DNA of 64,000 bases from the human T2T-CHM13v2.0 reference genome, Homo sapiens: the NCBI RefSeq assembly GCF_009914755.1, contig NC_060947.1. One strand, 5' to 3'. This document shows positions 1 through 18,914 of the stretch, in pieces; the first letter of the stretch is position 1; each line of letters starts with the position of its first letter. Below the pieces are notes generated by a model. It did no database searches and had not been told where the DNA came from. It saw nothing but the letters and a program-made list of their open reading frames with translations. The position numbers were made by a program, and so were the translations under genes.

Positions 1-5213
<5,213 letters not shown>

Positions 5214-5940
5214 CTCAATTTTCTTAAGATCATTTTTAATGCCTTTTTCAGGAATTTCATAAATTTAATTTTCTTTGGAGTCTGTTGCTGGAAAATTATT
5301 GTGTCCTTTTGGAGGTTGGTTTTTTTTTTTTTTTGTCCTTACATTGATATCCACATCTGCTATAATTGCCACTTCATTCATTTGTATGGAATAGCTCCCA
5401 TAGAGAACGAGTTTTTCCTGTAGATGTATCTATAATTTTGGTTGGGTAGGGTGCTTTGGCTTTGGTTCTGCATGGGCAGCACAGTGTAATCTCCTTAGAT
5501 TACTTCAGCTGTAATCAGTTTCAGCAGTGTCTTTGAGTTCCTTAGTGGCTCAGGCTGCAGTTGATTGTGGAGGCTGTGGTAAGGCTTTGTTTGGGACAGC
5601 AGTGCCAGGTAGACTGGTCCTCAATCCCCTAGATAGTGCATGTGGGCACTGACATTGGCTTGCCCTGAGTATGTCAGTCTTTGGACCATGGGTGGGCCAT
5701 GCAGGTGTAAAAAGTGGTGGCAGCAGGCCCTGGGTGGGCCAGTCCTCAGGCCCTCCCTCAGGGCATGCAGGTCCCAGTGGGCCAAGAAGTTTGCTCTTCA
5801 GGCTCCCAGGCCAGATAGTCCCTGGGGTCCTGGGGGGAGGACGTAGGTGCTGGCAGTGTCTGCAGTGGGCCAGTGGGTGGGTCCATTAGTTCTCAGGTAG
5901 GGCACACTGGTGTTGGCAATGTCCATGATGGGCTAGGTAG
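5214..5940 (-). mobile_element. Older L1 (L1M/L1PB-type) 5'-region fragment hosting the L1PA4 insertion
   Basis: Diverged L1 5'/ORF1-flank-like sequence (GAGTCTGTTGCTGGAAAATTATTGTGTCC...) and a GC-rich repetitive 5'UTR-like tract. Subfamily uncertain. Confidence 0.55.
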
Positions 5941-6652
5941 GTTTCATCTTTTATTTTAATGTTTTGAAAAGCTTTTTTAACATTATGTACTCCTTACAAA
6001 ATATACAGATTCTAAATGAAGAAACTCAGTCTCTGTCCCCCTCTTTGCTACATTACTGCTTCTCTGATTTATATTTTTCTAAGTATAAGTTTTTCCACTG
6101 GCTGTTTTTAACATGTTCTTTTCAGTGGAAATTCTGATATATGTTGGCTTTCTTTATTCAGCCTATAGACCTTGACTGAATGCTATATGACAGGTATTGT
6201 GCCAGGAGCTGTGGTAGGAAAACTTTCCATGAGAAATTAGATTAGCTTGGCATTAGATGATTATTTAAAGTAATCCTAAGACAGTTATGTGAAAATCTAG
6301 ATTAAATTCATAAATGGACTACTAAAATCTCAACTTAGTATATAGTTTAGGTTTTCACAGTAGTCCAGTGGATGGCCTCACAACACAAAGAAATTCATAC
6401 ATATTTCATTTTAGAAAGCATATATAAAAATCTGATTGATTGATTGATAGGTAGATAATCTTATTATAATAGTCATCCAAATCTTACTCCTTTTTAGCAT
6501 TTTCTGCCACTGATATTGCTTATTTCTCATTTCTAATAGAAAAACAAGGAGATAGTAATGGGATGTTACAAGTAGGCAGAAAAATATAGATGCACATAGT
6601 TTACAAAGCTCTTCAGGTCATCTTGTAACAAAGTCTTGATCATTTTTCTTAG

Positions 6653-6709
6653 ACCAGAAGATCAATTCAGAAGTTAATAGAATGGGAAAATAACAGATTA
6701 TATCACAAG
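6653..6709 (+). CDS. CHIC1: CHIC1 internal coding exon (TRRSIQKLIEWENNRLYHK)
   Basis: Polypyrimidine ttttcttAG acceptor at 6651-6652 and GTAAGA donor at 6710. The exon is 57 nt, phase 0-0, and the peptide matches the CHIC1/CHIC2 C-terminal region. Confidence 0.93.
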
Positions 6710-6980
6710 GTAAGAAATTTTAAGCACATAAGTGCCCCATTCATATATTTGCAGCATTAAATTGAAAAATAAATACAAAATGGGAATTTTTAGGCCACAA
6801 AGGAATGGATTAGAGAATTAATACTCAATTTTTAATATATATTCTTTACAAGGTATTTTTAAGTGCTCTGTTTTGTATCCTGTACTTTTCCTGGATTGTT
6901 TTCAGTGATTTATTCAAATGTATAGGTTGTAATTAGTTTAAGTTAATATAAAAATTCTTAACAAGACTATACTTTCTTAG

Positions 6981-7157
<177 letters not shown>

Positions 7158-8281
7158 TGAAATATAGAGGTTTTCTTCTATCTTCTTTAGATTTGTAGCC
7201 AACCTAAAATATCTTGAAAGCTAACAATCATTTGGATCTTAGAAAAGTTTCAGTTAGTATGCTAAAATGAAAACATTGTACAACCTTAATCATTTAACAT
7301 AGGCACAAACCATAGCATGTGGTGGTGGGGAAAGCTGCTGTTGAACAAATATTTCTAAATGTAATCTTGTCAAAACTTGCATAAAATAGGAGTTGATATC
7401 TGCATTCTGGATTCCTATTACTGGCTTTTTTTTTTTTTTTTGGCTGACATTTAACTTTTAGTGAAGAAACTGTAGGTTCTAATTTTTGTTTTAACTGAAA
7501 GCTATACAATCTTAGTCATAAGACATAAATTCACATATAGCCAATGTGATCAATTTAGCATAATTAACATTGAAAATATTACATTTATCCAAACTTCCAA
7601 TATGTAGTACATATTTAATAATAAACATTCCATGTGTGTTTCATAAGTAAGGATTATTATGGTATCTCTCTACACTTTGAATAATTTTGGGGAAAATATG
7701 CATATGACCACAAGTCTAAAATTCATTATAGATAAAACATTCAAAAATATCCGAGTTTTTTAAAATTATGTTTTCAAACCTTTTGTAATTAATATGTTTT
7801 ACTCAATCCATTTGGGCACATTAATTTTTCACAACTTGTGAACGATAGTAATCTCCAACTAATATCAGTTTCTTTAATTGAAAAATATATAAATCTAATA
7901 TAAAGGCATTTTTTAATCTGTATAGCATTTTTTTAATCTCTACTTTGCTAACAAAGAGATAGGGGTGTGGGGGAAAAACATAATATAATTTAATGGAGTT
8001 TGCTCCTGTTAACCTAGACAAATAGTTATTGTAAATCAGATAGTAAAATCTGTTAGCTACAATAAGTAGTTTTGTTTGCCAGCTTAATTTTTAAATTGCC
8101 AATCTAATAACAACTTGTGGTTTAAGTTCTTTACATATTTTTTTCATGTATTTCACTTACTTTATATGGTTCAGGATTGAAATATTGTCCTATGAAAAAT
8201 GATTATAGACTTTCTGGGTTATTTATAAGTTATATTAAATGAAAAATATTTTGTAAATATATTCTTGTTTTTATTTTGCAG

Positions 8282-8332
8282 GTAATACTAATAGAATTCT
8301 TACCAAAATATCCCATATTCCGACCTGACTGA
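8282..8332 (+). CDS. CHIC1: CHIC1 last exon, coding part (VILIEFLPKYPIFRPD*)
   Basis: ttttattttgcAG acceptor at 8280-8281 and TGA at 8330-8332. The C-terminus is characteristic of CHIC proteins (CHIC2 ends ...FLPKTPIFRPD). Confidence 0.93.
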   Translation, partial: VILIEFLPKYPIFRPD

Positions 8333-8773
8333 GGAGTTTTATCCAGTCACTTCTGTGTTACCTGTCATTTCCTACCCTTAGTGCCTTGTAGATTTGGAAT
8401 GAAGATGGTCTCCTTTGCTGTGTTCAACTTATTCTTTATAATGGTAGAATATTCTTCTCGCTCTTTTGTGTTGGTTTATGAAGAAAATTTGCACATCTTT
8501 TTTGTCTTTCAATGAGGCTTGTGTTTTGCACTCTCAATTTTAAATACACACACATGCGTGTGTGCATATACATATATAGATAGTTGCCATTAAAGATAAA
8601 TCATCAGTGTTGGTGTTTAAAAAACAAAAACTTGTTCTGAGCATGCTGCCTTATAATTTTCATACTCATTGTTTCTAAACTCGCATCATTTTTCTAGGCT
8701 ACTTGATGCTCTGTAATCCCTTACTGGACAAACTTAAATAAGCTTTTGGTAGCTTTTAGAAATGGTTTTACTC

Positions 8774-8806
8774 TGCTTTTAAAGGACATGCTTTTAAAGG
8801 ACATGC
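8774..8806. repeat. 15-bp tandem duplication (TGCTTTTAAAGGACA)x2
   Basis: Two exact adjacent copies read directly. Confidence 0.9.
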
Positions 8807-11800
8807 AATTAATGGCACTGGTTTTGTCCTGCACTTTGCTTTATCACTTATGTTAGTGGATAAAATATTTAAACTCCTAAAGACTTGTAAATATTGCCTC
8901 TTTGCATAATGTAAAATGTGGTATGCCATGGTTTACATAATGTAACATTACTCTTATTGTATTGCCAACAATTTTACATAGATTTTAATATGAATGAAGT
9001 TTGCAAGCATCCCTTTGAATGTAGAAACTGCTAACATGCTGTTTTATGGCAAGGCCATAATGAGTATGTTAAGAATTTCAGGTGTAGGGCAAGGTTGCCC
9101 TTTGTAACAAGTGGACTAAAATTGAAATTATTATCTCAGATATTCTGTATTGCACCTGAAACCATGACCTTTATTTTTCCATTTCGTTTAATAATTTCCA
9201 TTTTGTTGTCTACTCCTTCCCACAAAAAAACTATTTGACATCTGACACATTTCACAGTCTCACTATCCTGCATTTATTAGCCTTTTCTTCCTTTGAAAAT
9301 ACACACAATTATGACTTTTAAGGAGTATTTTGAGATTTCAGACATCTTCAGAAGGTATCTAGACCCTCTTGAAAGCCACTAACACCTTTCTGCAGTTCTG
9401 ATATTCTAGTTTGAGAAAGAGAGAGAACTATTTGAGAAGCTGTAGCTAAAGAGTATATAGCAGCTGATTCATAATTGAAAAAAAATTCTCAATTCTGTTT
9501 TTGATGATCCTTTATAAAACATTAATGAGGAAAGACAAGTGTTTAGACAAAAGTATTTTAGTTTATAAATTCAGCACATATGTAACATTTATTTGGTCCA
9601 TATTTCTCTATTTTTCTTCACAATTAAAATGATTGCTAGCACCACACAACTAGAATTTGAAAATTCAGTATAATGAAAGCTTTATATCACATTAATTCAA
9701 CTGCAAATGTATGCCTGTTTGTAGGCATTATTTGTAATTCATAGTGCTAAAAATAAAAGTGTCTAGGGCTCAGTAATATTTTGTCATCTTACTCTTACTG
9801 CTTTTAGTAAACCTTTTAGGCAAGATTCATCTCAGTGAAGTGAACAATCATTTCTTCATAGAAGGTCAAGCCTTTTTAAGCCACTCTTAAAATTTATGCC
9901 TAATTTGAAATCCACAGTCCTTGACCAGTTTAAAAAAGAGAGGAAAAAGAAGACACTATTTTATATGTGATTATAATTGTTTGCACAAACACTTTTCCAC
10001 CTTCCTCTGTGCCCCATTACCTCTGTGCCACTCAGTCACCCCAAATCTCTAACCTTTAGTAATGTGTATGCCTGCAAATATTATGTGTTTGCCTGCTGCA
10101 AAATTGAAGGTGTATTTTTATAGACAAGGTAGAAGCCTCTGAAAATGTATACCAAATGTCTTGTTTTGTAGCTAAGGTCGGGAAAAATTGTATCTGAGGT
10201 TTATGTTCCAGCTAATGTTATCAAATTTATGCTTCAAACTGTGATATTTTAATACCAAAATCGATTTTCAGCATAATACAAAATATCTCATTTTCACTGA
10301 TAGAAAATTGCTTTTAAGTGTTGATCCTTAGAAATCTTATTTTTTTCTATAACCTTAGAATTTGATCATATGATGGTCATAGGAACTTTTTCTGCCATGT
10401 ATAAATCACACTTGATTTTGCTCAAAGAACAGCATGAAGTGGTGAATTGTTTCCATGAAACAATTATTGAGAATGGGAATACAGTATATCTGGAAATGAC
10501 ACAGTATAATACAAGTTACAGTAGCATTTGTCACAAAAACCACTTGTCAGCATGTGTAAACTTAATTTTAAAGCCTATTCTAATCACTCGAGTTTATTAT
10601 TTTATTGTTCGCTATGCTGGTTGACTCATCTTAGTTTCTTCAACTACCCAAAAAAATACCAATTTTTTTCCTCTCTTGTATGACTACTTTTTCAAACTGT
10701 TTTCCTTTGCAGGGGGCTGATTAGCAATTGAGTATTTTGTAATGTTTGGGCGGGGTTGCTTTGTTTTCAGTGAAATTGGTTGCAGTGAATGCTAAAATGA
10801 CACAGCACACTGGTGATTAATTCCTCCCCCATGGAGCCTTTTTTCTGTTATGCTTAGGATAGAACATACTTGTAATTTTCCATTAGGTTAGTAACATACT
10901 TTTGTGAAAGTTGTTTTTAGACTGAAGAAAGTAATTTTGAATTTCTTTGTTACATAATATTCCTTTATGAAACTTGTGATAGTTTCCAGAGCAAAACATG
11001 TATTTGCCAAAGTATATAAATCTCACAAGGCTTTAAGATTACAAGCTAAAATTGTTTTTTAAAATTAATGTTCCAATGTTTCTCATTTGGCCCAAGATTC
11101 TGGCTTCATAAATTTGTCCAACTGGCTATTTTTAAGCTTGTCCTAAAAGCCAATAACATGTTTATTCCTAATAACTAATATGGGCAAGTGTTATTTACAG
11201 ATTTATTAACTCCATCCCAGATATGTCTCCACTCTTTGTTCCCTCCTAATGCTAATTTAGGAAAGAGACCACTGTAGTAAAACTTTAGAAGAAGATGGAG
11301 AAGTGCCTTGTCTTTTTAGAACAAAGATAACACATTACGTGTAAGGAAGCATAATAAATGAATTGGTAGATGATTAGATTAGAAATCATCCTTTTCAACT
11401 AGGTCTAAGAATACTTTACTAGTGTATTATCTTTTATTTATTATGTAAAGCTTCTTTCCTTCCTTTTCCCCAATCATGATATATTAGTGACAAAATATTA
11501 CAGAACCGGACTATCAGTCACTTAAAAAAACAGTATAATTCTAATGCTAGTAAACATGTAATTTAATTTAGTTCTGGAAGGACAGTTGTCTTTGATTAAA
11601 GCCCCACCAAAACCCATTTAAGTATTTAATGTACATACTATTCATATTATTATGGCCTGTAAACACTAATATCTGAGCAATCAAACTGTTTTATCTACCA
11701 TTTTTGATGAAATTTGAATAAAGTTTAAAAACGTGTAAGCCTTTGAACAAATGTATGAAAGCTTTAAAAGATCATTAGCACTTTTATTTTGTTTACAAAT

Positions 11801-12859
11801 AAGCTGCCATTTAAAAAAATAAAACCTCACTACTTGAACATAAAGCTCCCAAACAATATTGTATTAAAATGTACTATATTGACCTAGGAGGATATAGAAA
11901 TTATATTCACCTGATTAACTGGAGCAGTTTCACATAGTAGAAATACTTTTTGCTAATTTGATTATAAGTGCTCAAATTTATTGAAATTAGATTCTCATGC
12001 CTATAAAAGTATACTTTAAAAATATTTTGCAACAACTGTCAAATTATTTGGGTTCCTTTAAATAGCAAACAATTGAGAAATTTTCCATAAAAATGAATAG
12101 GTTTTATTAATACCTGTTCATGTAGTATGTGGACTAAAACAATTGATATATATCTGTATGTAAAAATGAATGATCTTATCTTGCCCCAAATTTTTCTTAC
12201 CTGATTCTGAGCCAGCCTTTTTGTTTTGATGGCACCCTGTGAGTATGTTCCATTTTCTGTGAACTTTGTCAAATTCATACTATATGAGGAAATGATCTAA
12301 TATTGTGGGCTCCAGGCAGGTCATCTTAATTGCATGTCTGTCTCTTCTGTAAAATGATGAGGTGGAACCTAGAGCTGGACAAAAAATTAGAGATCACTTA
12401 ACATTCTGTGATTCAAGGAATTCTTAGGACATTTTTACTCTATAGAATCTCAGAATGATTATTCTCAGATCTACTGTCCTTGGTGGAAACTCTCACAGTG
12501 CCTTGCATGCAGTAAAAGTTTGATTTGCCGACTGGCTGACGTGTTAATTATCACACAGACTCCAAGAACCTGATGCTTGCTAGACCTTAGTTCCTTGGTG
12601 ATGCTAAGAGTAAATGTAGTTTTCCTAGGAACTGAGCACTGAGGTCTGTGTCCTTTGCCTGTGTAGAATCTGTCTATGCAGTTGGTATTCAGGCAAGAAT
12701 TTTAGCTGTAACAACAATGGAAATATTGGAGGACCCACTTTGGCATTTATGTAAAGATTTCATATCCTATCCAACATTTACTTTAGTGTCTAATCAAATT
12801 CCATACCCTCAAAAAGATCTGTTGGAACAAATTGATAAAATTAGGTGGAAAGGAAAGTG

Positions 12860-13010
12860 GTATGGGACTCAAATACAAGTCACTTCTGGTTTAATTATTG
12901 GCTCTGCTGCTTAATTCCTCTGTACCTCACGTCCTCATTGTCGAAGTGGGGACAATAATCTGGACCTACCTCACAGGGGAATTGAGGATATTTTCATATA
13001 TTAGTGTGCT
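12860..13010 (+). mobile_element. MIR SINE remnant in the 3'UTR
   Basis: Core-like CTCTGTACCTCACGTCCTCATTGTCGAAGTGGGGACAATAAT...CTACCTCACAGGG..GAGGAT. Confidence 0.6.
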
Positions 13011-13237
13011 TTGAAGTTGACTGAAAGATATACTGGATATCATAATTATATAATTTCTAAATAGATTTCTTTAAATCCATGCTATGTTTTCTTTTTCAGT
13101 CAGGTCCTACAGAATGACTATTGCACTTGGTCTATTGTTTTAATAGTAAATTTTGTTATTAATCTCCTATGTGTTAAACGTGGGTAATTGTATTATGTTA
13201 ATACATACTTAGGGAGGAAAAGCAGGTGGATGTAAAT

Positions 13238-13535
13238 CAGTGATTCCCAACTTCAGCAGATGATAGCAGTGGAGGGTATCCTTGAGCTTTTTGTAATATT
13301 TCAAAAAGTATATTAGAAATTATACATTTACCCATAATATTCCTGCTTCACAAGTCAATTAAGACATTGAATTTCCATTCATTTTGCCTATATTCTCTCA
13401 AAAGCTGTGAATGGCAGTATGTTTTTGATTAATAATAAAATAAGAAATCCTATTATGTGCAACTTATTAAATACTTGGGAACATGGGAAAAGAATAATGA
13501 AGGGATTCTTATGGTGAAAATGTTGGGAACCACTT
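13238..13535. mobile_element. hAT-Charlie-type MITE remnant in the 3'UTR
   Basis: Terminal inverted repeats CAGTGATTCCCAAC (13238) and GTTGGGAACCACT (13522-13534). Confidence 0.5.
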
Positions 13536-14406
13536 TTATAAAGGAACTAAGATTATTTGACCCCCTCCACAGATTGCTTACCTAGTCTCTAAATAATGAA
13601 ATGTGTGTGTTTGTGTGTTTTGGCTATATTAGGCTATATAACTTCAGGTTAGAATTTGCCTTCAGTTTTTTTTCTGTTTTAGAATATCACTGGCCTAATT
13701 TATTTAGGTGTGTACATGTTGCTCATACATACACACACATATAGGATTACAAATGTGGAAAATGTTATAATGTCATATTCTAGCATTGGACTAAATATCA
13801 ATTTCTGACTCTTAAAGTAGTTCTGTGTATAAATTCAACATGATGAATCAAGGCAATAATTTCTCAAATGTTCTTTTATTTCTTTGTTTTTATCTCGACT
13901 TTTTATTTTCCATTTTTTCTAGTACGCAAATAGTGTAAAATTGTTTTAATGCCTGGACTTTGAAACAAGTAACAAGTGTTTGAAAGTATATAATCTACGA
14001 GCGAATTTGCCCTCCTTGGACTAACCACATACAAATATGAATCTGGCTGCAAGAACAGGATATCCAGGTAACTAGAGAGTGGGCATTGATAAAAATATCT
14101 GGTGGAGAAGCCTAGGATTTCAACTTTTTGTCAGAGGATTCCTGTTGGGACAGCTTTACCAGAAAAGAATAATAGCGGATATGTTCATCCAAACTAAGAA
14201 CTTTCATGCATCTTGCATTGTTACATAGCCTGTGGAATGAATTCATTTTTTCTCCCTTGAGTCCAGGAATGACTTCCCTGGAAAAACTCAATCTATATAC
14301 AGCTGTGCCAAAATGAAGGATACCTGCCTCTCCGAAACTTTCACTGCTGCTTCTGTCATTGTTCACTTGTCAGATAAAATTTTATTATCTCAGGATGCAA
14401 ATTTAA

Positions 14407-14455
14407 AATAAAGTGTAAATCTATGTTAATGAATTGAATTCTGTGTTTTTTTTAT
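14407..14455 (+). terminator. Distal polyadenylation signal of CHIC1
   Basis: AATAAA at 14407-14412 plus CTGTGTTTTTTTT about 30 nt downstream. Candidate proximal AATAAA hexamers lie at 9752, 11353, 11717, 11818 and 13434. Confidence 0.7.
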
Positions 14456-14599
14456 GCATCTTCCTTTCTTCCCTTCCCTATATGTCCATCATTATAAGGC
14501 AATTAATTTAGGCTTCCTTTTAAAAATTGCATTTTATATCTGGCCTTTTTCCACATATACTAGTGTTAACGTTCAATCCTGTAAGTATTTTATGCTATA

Positions 14600-16897
14600 A
14601 ACACATGCCTCAGAGAAGTGTGAATTCAGTTCCAGACAACCAAAATAAGTCACACAAATTTTGGGGTTTCCCAGTGCATATAAAATTTGTGTTTACACTA
14701 TAATGTAGTCTATTAAGTATGCAATAACATTATTTCTTAAAAAATGTACATATCTTAATTTAAAATATTGTATTGCTAAAAAAATACTAGTGATCATCTG
14801 AGCCTTCCATGAGTCATAATATTTTTGTTTGTGGGGGGTCTTGCTTCAGTGTTGATGGCTGCTGACTGATGGGGCAGGTCATTGCTGAAGTTTAGGGTGG
14901 CTTTTGCAATCTCCTAAACTAAGACAGTGAAGTTTGCCATATTGCTTGATTCTTCCTTTCACAAGAGATTTCTCTGCAGCATGCAATACTGATTGATAGC
15001 ATTTTACCCACAGAACTTTCAAAATTGGAGTCAGTCCCCTCAGACCTAGCTACTACTTATCAACTAAGTTTATGTAATATTCTAAATCATTTGTTGTCAT
15101 TTCAACAGTATTCACAGCATTTTCACCAGGAGTAGATTCCATCTCAAGAAACCACTTTTTTGCTAATCTGTAAGATGAGCATCCATTCAAGCCTTATCAT
15201 GAAATTGCAGCAATTCAGTCACATCTTCAGGCTCTACTTCTAATCCTCTTGCTGTTTTTACCACACCTGCCGTTACTTCCTCCACTGAAGTGTTGAATCA
15301 CTCAAAGTCATCCTTGAGGGGTTGGAATCAATGTCTTCCAAACTCCTGTTAACATTGATATTTTGACCTTCCATGAATCACAGATGTTTTTAATGGCACC
15401 TAGAACAGTAAATCCTTTCCAGTAGATTTCCAATTTACATTGCCCAGAGATCGATCAGAGGAATCACTATCTATGGCAGCTATAGCCTTACAAAATGTAT
15501 TTCTTAAAAAGACTTGAAAGTTGAGTTACTTGTTGATCCGTGGATTGCCAAATCGATATTGTATTAGCAGTCATGAAAACAACATTAATTTTCTTGTACA
15601 TCTCCATCGGAGCTTGGGTGACTAAGTGCATTGTCAATGAGCAGTAATATTTTAAAAGGAATCTTTTTTATTCTGAACAGTAGGTCTCAATAGTGGGCTT
15701 AAAATAGTAAGCCATGCTGTAAACAGACATGCTGTCATCCGGGCTTTGTTATTCTATTTGTAGGACACAGGCCGAGAAGATTTAGCATAATTCTTAAAGG
15801 TCCTGGGATTTTTGGAATGATAAACGAGCATTGGCTTAGCCCCTAACAAGAGAGTCAGCATGTCCTTTGAAGCTTTGAAGCCAGGCGTTGACTTCCCCTC
15901 TCTAGCTATGAAAGTCTTAGATGGTGTCGTCTTTCAATATAAGGCTGTTTTGCCTACATTGAAAATATGTTATTTAGTGTAGCCAACTTCATCTATGATC
16001 TTAGCTAACTCTTCTGGATAACTTGTTACTTCACCTTGCACTTTTATAGAGAAAACTTCTTTCCTTCAACTTTATGAACCAATCTCTGCTGGCTTCAAAC
16101 TTTTCTTCTGCTCCTTTCTCACCTCTGTCTGCCTTCATAGAATTGAAGAGAATTAGGGCCTAGCTCTGGATTAAGCTTTGGCTTGAGGGTGTGTTGTGGC
16201 TAGTTGGATCTTTGATCTTCTATCCAGACAACTAAAACTTTCTCCATATCTGCAATAAGGCTGTATTGCTTTCTTATCATTCATGTGTTCACTGGAATAG
16301 CACTTTATATTTCCTTTAAGGCATTTTTCTTTGCATTTACAATTTGCTAACTCGTGAAAGAGGCCTAGCTTTCACCTTCTCTCAGCTTTTGACATGCCTT
16401 CCTTGCTAAACTTAATCATTTCAAGCTTTTGATTTAAAGTGAAAAACATGCAACTCTTTTTTTCACTTGAACACTGGGAGGCTATTTTAGGGTTATTAGC
16501 CGGCCTAATTTCAATATTATTTTGTCTCAGGGAATAGGGAGGCCTGAGGAGGAAGAGAGCTGGGGAAACAGCACATCAGTGGGGCAGTCAAAACACAACA
16601 TTTATTAAGTTTGCAATCTTACATGAGTGCAGTCCATGGTCCCCCAAAACAATTACGATAGTAATATCAAAGATCATTGATCATAAATCACCATAACAGA
16701 TTTTAATAATGAAAAAGTTTGAAATATTTTAAGAATTAACAAAATGTGACAGAGACATGATGTGAGCACATGCTGTTCGAAAAAAATGGTGCCAATAGAC
16801 TTACTCAATGCAGAGTTTCCACAAATCTTCAATTTGTAAAATCCACAATATCTGCAGAGCACAACAAAATGAAGCACAGTAACATGAGCTTTGCTTG
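14600..16897 (-). mobile_element. Tigger1 (TcMar-Tigger DNA transposon), near full length, decayed transposase
   Basis: Both ends resemble Tigger1 termini (…AGTCACACAAATTTT..GGTTTCCCAGTGCATATAAAA at 14648-14685; CTTCAATTTGTAAAA…TATCTGC…GAAGC at 16828-16875). TA follows at 16898. Length is ~2.3 kb with no intact ORF. Confidence 0.9.
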
Positions 16898-17706
16898 TAT
16901 ATTGGGTTTGGAGACCTGTGTTGTTCCCAGCGTTTGGCATTTGGCTAAGTAGGAAGTTATTTCTAAATGACTTTGCATTTACCCTGCATAGCTACCTATA
17001 AACTGTAAAATTTAAGTATAAGTATAGTTCCACCTTATTGAGCATAAATTTTTAGTGCAGGGATGTGGAAATGTGAAGCTACTTGGCAAACGTTTTGACA
17101 CTTCTTCAGACTGTGTAAGAAATTCAAGTGTTAATATCTTCTACTTCAGTTACTACTCAAGCTGATTTCATGCAATAATAGATTTTTTAAGGTTATGCCT
17201 AATTTTTGCAAATTCAACATATACAAGACAAACATTAATATTTCCCAATATATTTGGTAATTTTACCGAATATTTCAAAAAGATTATAAATTTCAAAATG
17301 TTAAAGCAGAGATGATAACACACTTAAACTTATATAAAAGTTTCATAATTATTTAAATTTTTTTTCAAAGCTTTATTATATGGATGGGGCAAAAAAGCAT
17401 ACTTTTATTGATGACTTCTTAGATGTGAAGTAGAATATGCTATGTGGGAAATACTTTTACATTCAACTTTACATTGAGGGCAGAAGCCACATGACATTAC
17501 ATCTATTATTAAATACTTAGTGCTTCATAAGATACTTCACTTACATAAATGTAGGAAATTCTCTGGGGGATAGTAGAATGCTCCAGTTATAATTACTAGG
17601 AATTTGAGTTAAAATCCGTGGTCACCTAGGTTACCTCTAGCGAAAACTTAGTACACTCAGTGAGCCTAATTTTGTCTGTCATACCCAAGGTAGGAGGTTG
17701 AGCTAG

Positions 17707-17935
17707 ATCAAGGTTGTAAGCTGAGCTGTATCCAGTCCTCAGACATGTGTTTTTGACATACAGAATTTCTTTTACACATCATAACAAACTTAAAAGTCTT
17801 CATATAGAAATCCAGATTTCTGGCTTTCTTTGAATTTCACATATGGACAATTAGCTAGAGCTGAGTAACAGCCTGTCCCTTTTAGATGGAAGATTTATTT
17901 TCTGTTTTGCCATGGTCACCACCATTCCCTCTTAT
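17707..17935. mobile_element. MER102-like hAT DNA transposon fragment
   Basis: AGAAATCCAGATTTCTGGCTTTC and GAGCTGAGTAACAGC motifs recalled from MER102. Confidence 0.45.
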
Positions 17936-18914
17936 CTTTCTGAAATCCAAGTTTTCTTATGATTCAGTTAAAAGGAAAGCAAAATATTTCTTAAACCCAT
18001 GTTCCTTTCAATATCAAAAAAATACAGACCATGATAGCTACATATATTATTTACAAAAATTGAGGGAGATGGAAATGAAGAGACTGCTGTGTATGTATGT
18101 GAAAAGGAAGCATTTTGAAAATGACCTGCTTCATTCATTGTTGTTATCTGGTGATTGTGGGCACTGGATTTCATGATCCCTGAGATCCCTTAGAGACAAT
18201 CTCTAAAGTCTCATCTAATTCTGACATTGAGTTTCCATGAAATGATTCTTAGAACATTGGGGTATTTGAAATCGTTATGCCTTTGAAAGTGTGTGTATGA
18301 TGATGAATGGATGCTGTTTATGAAACTTGCTAAGCTTTCAAATAGAATAGTGGCATCACAGACTCCTTTTAGTGAAGCATAGCCACAAGCTGGGAAGACC
18401 AACACATTATTTTAGAACCGTTTTTTTACTTCATATCTTTTCAGCAAAAGTTTGGTCAGCCACCCAAAGCAGCATTGGCTTTGTTATCTCCCAAGGGTGA
18501 TATTGCCCAAGGCGATATTAACATGGTTAAAAAAACTCTTGGTGGGAATCTATAAAACCTGCCTTTTATTTTCTTATGTGGATAAGACTACTGATTGGGA
18601 TTTTTTTCTTACATTACATTGAACCAAATTGGCATTAATCTAAATGAAAATTTCTTATTTCAAAAATAGGCTTAACTCATTAAGTTTAGACACTGCAACC
18701 AGGACTAAATTAGGGTTTTTTTTTTTCCATAAGGCCTGTATTAGTGTCTGATGAATGAGAGATATGGCTGTTAACAGAATTTTTTCTTTATTATAATAAT
18801 ACATTTTCTAATAGCAATTATGAAGAAGAAAATTAATATCATTAACCCAACCATCTACTGCCATTTTAATGTTTTAAAATTGCACTGTATTACTTATGTA
18901 TATGCATATAGTAC

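Larger units (their letters stand above)
8333..14432 (+). other. CHIC1: CHIC1 long 3'UTR (~6.1 kb)
   Basis: AT-rich, largely repeat-poor sequence after the stop codon. It ends at AATAAA 14407-14412, followed by a U/GU-rich downstream element (~14441-14455). The exact end is inferred. Confidence 0.75.

Noticed and set aside
10705-10722. CTCF-like motif TTGCAGGGGGCTG
   Set aside because: Only a partial core match, lacking the CCA 5' part; it cannot be supported without ChIP data.
10370-14366. Short ORFs (10370, 12039, 12648, 14112) in the CHIC1 3'UTR
   Set aside because: No recognisable domains or splice context; lengths are compatible with chance.
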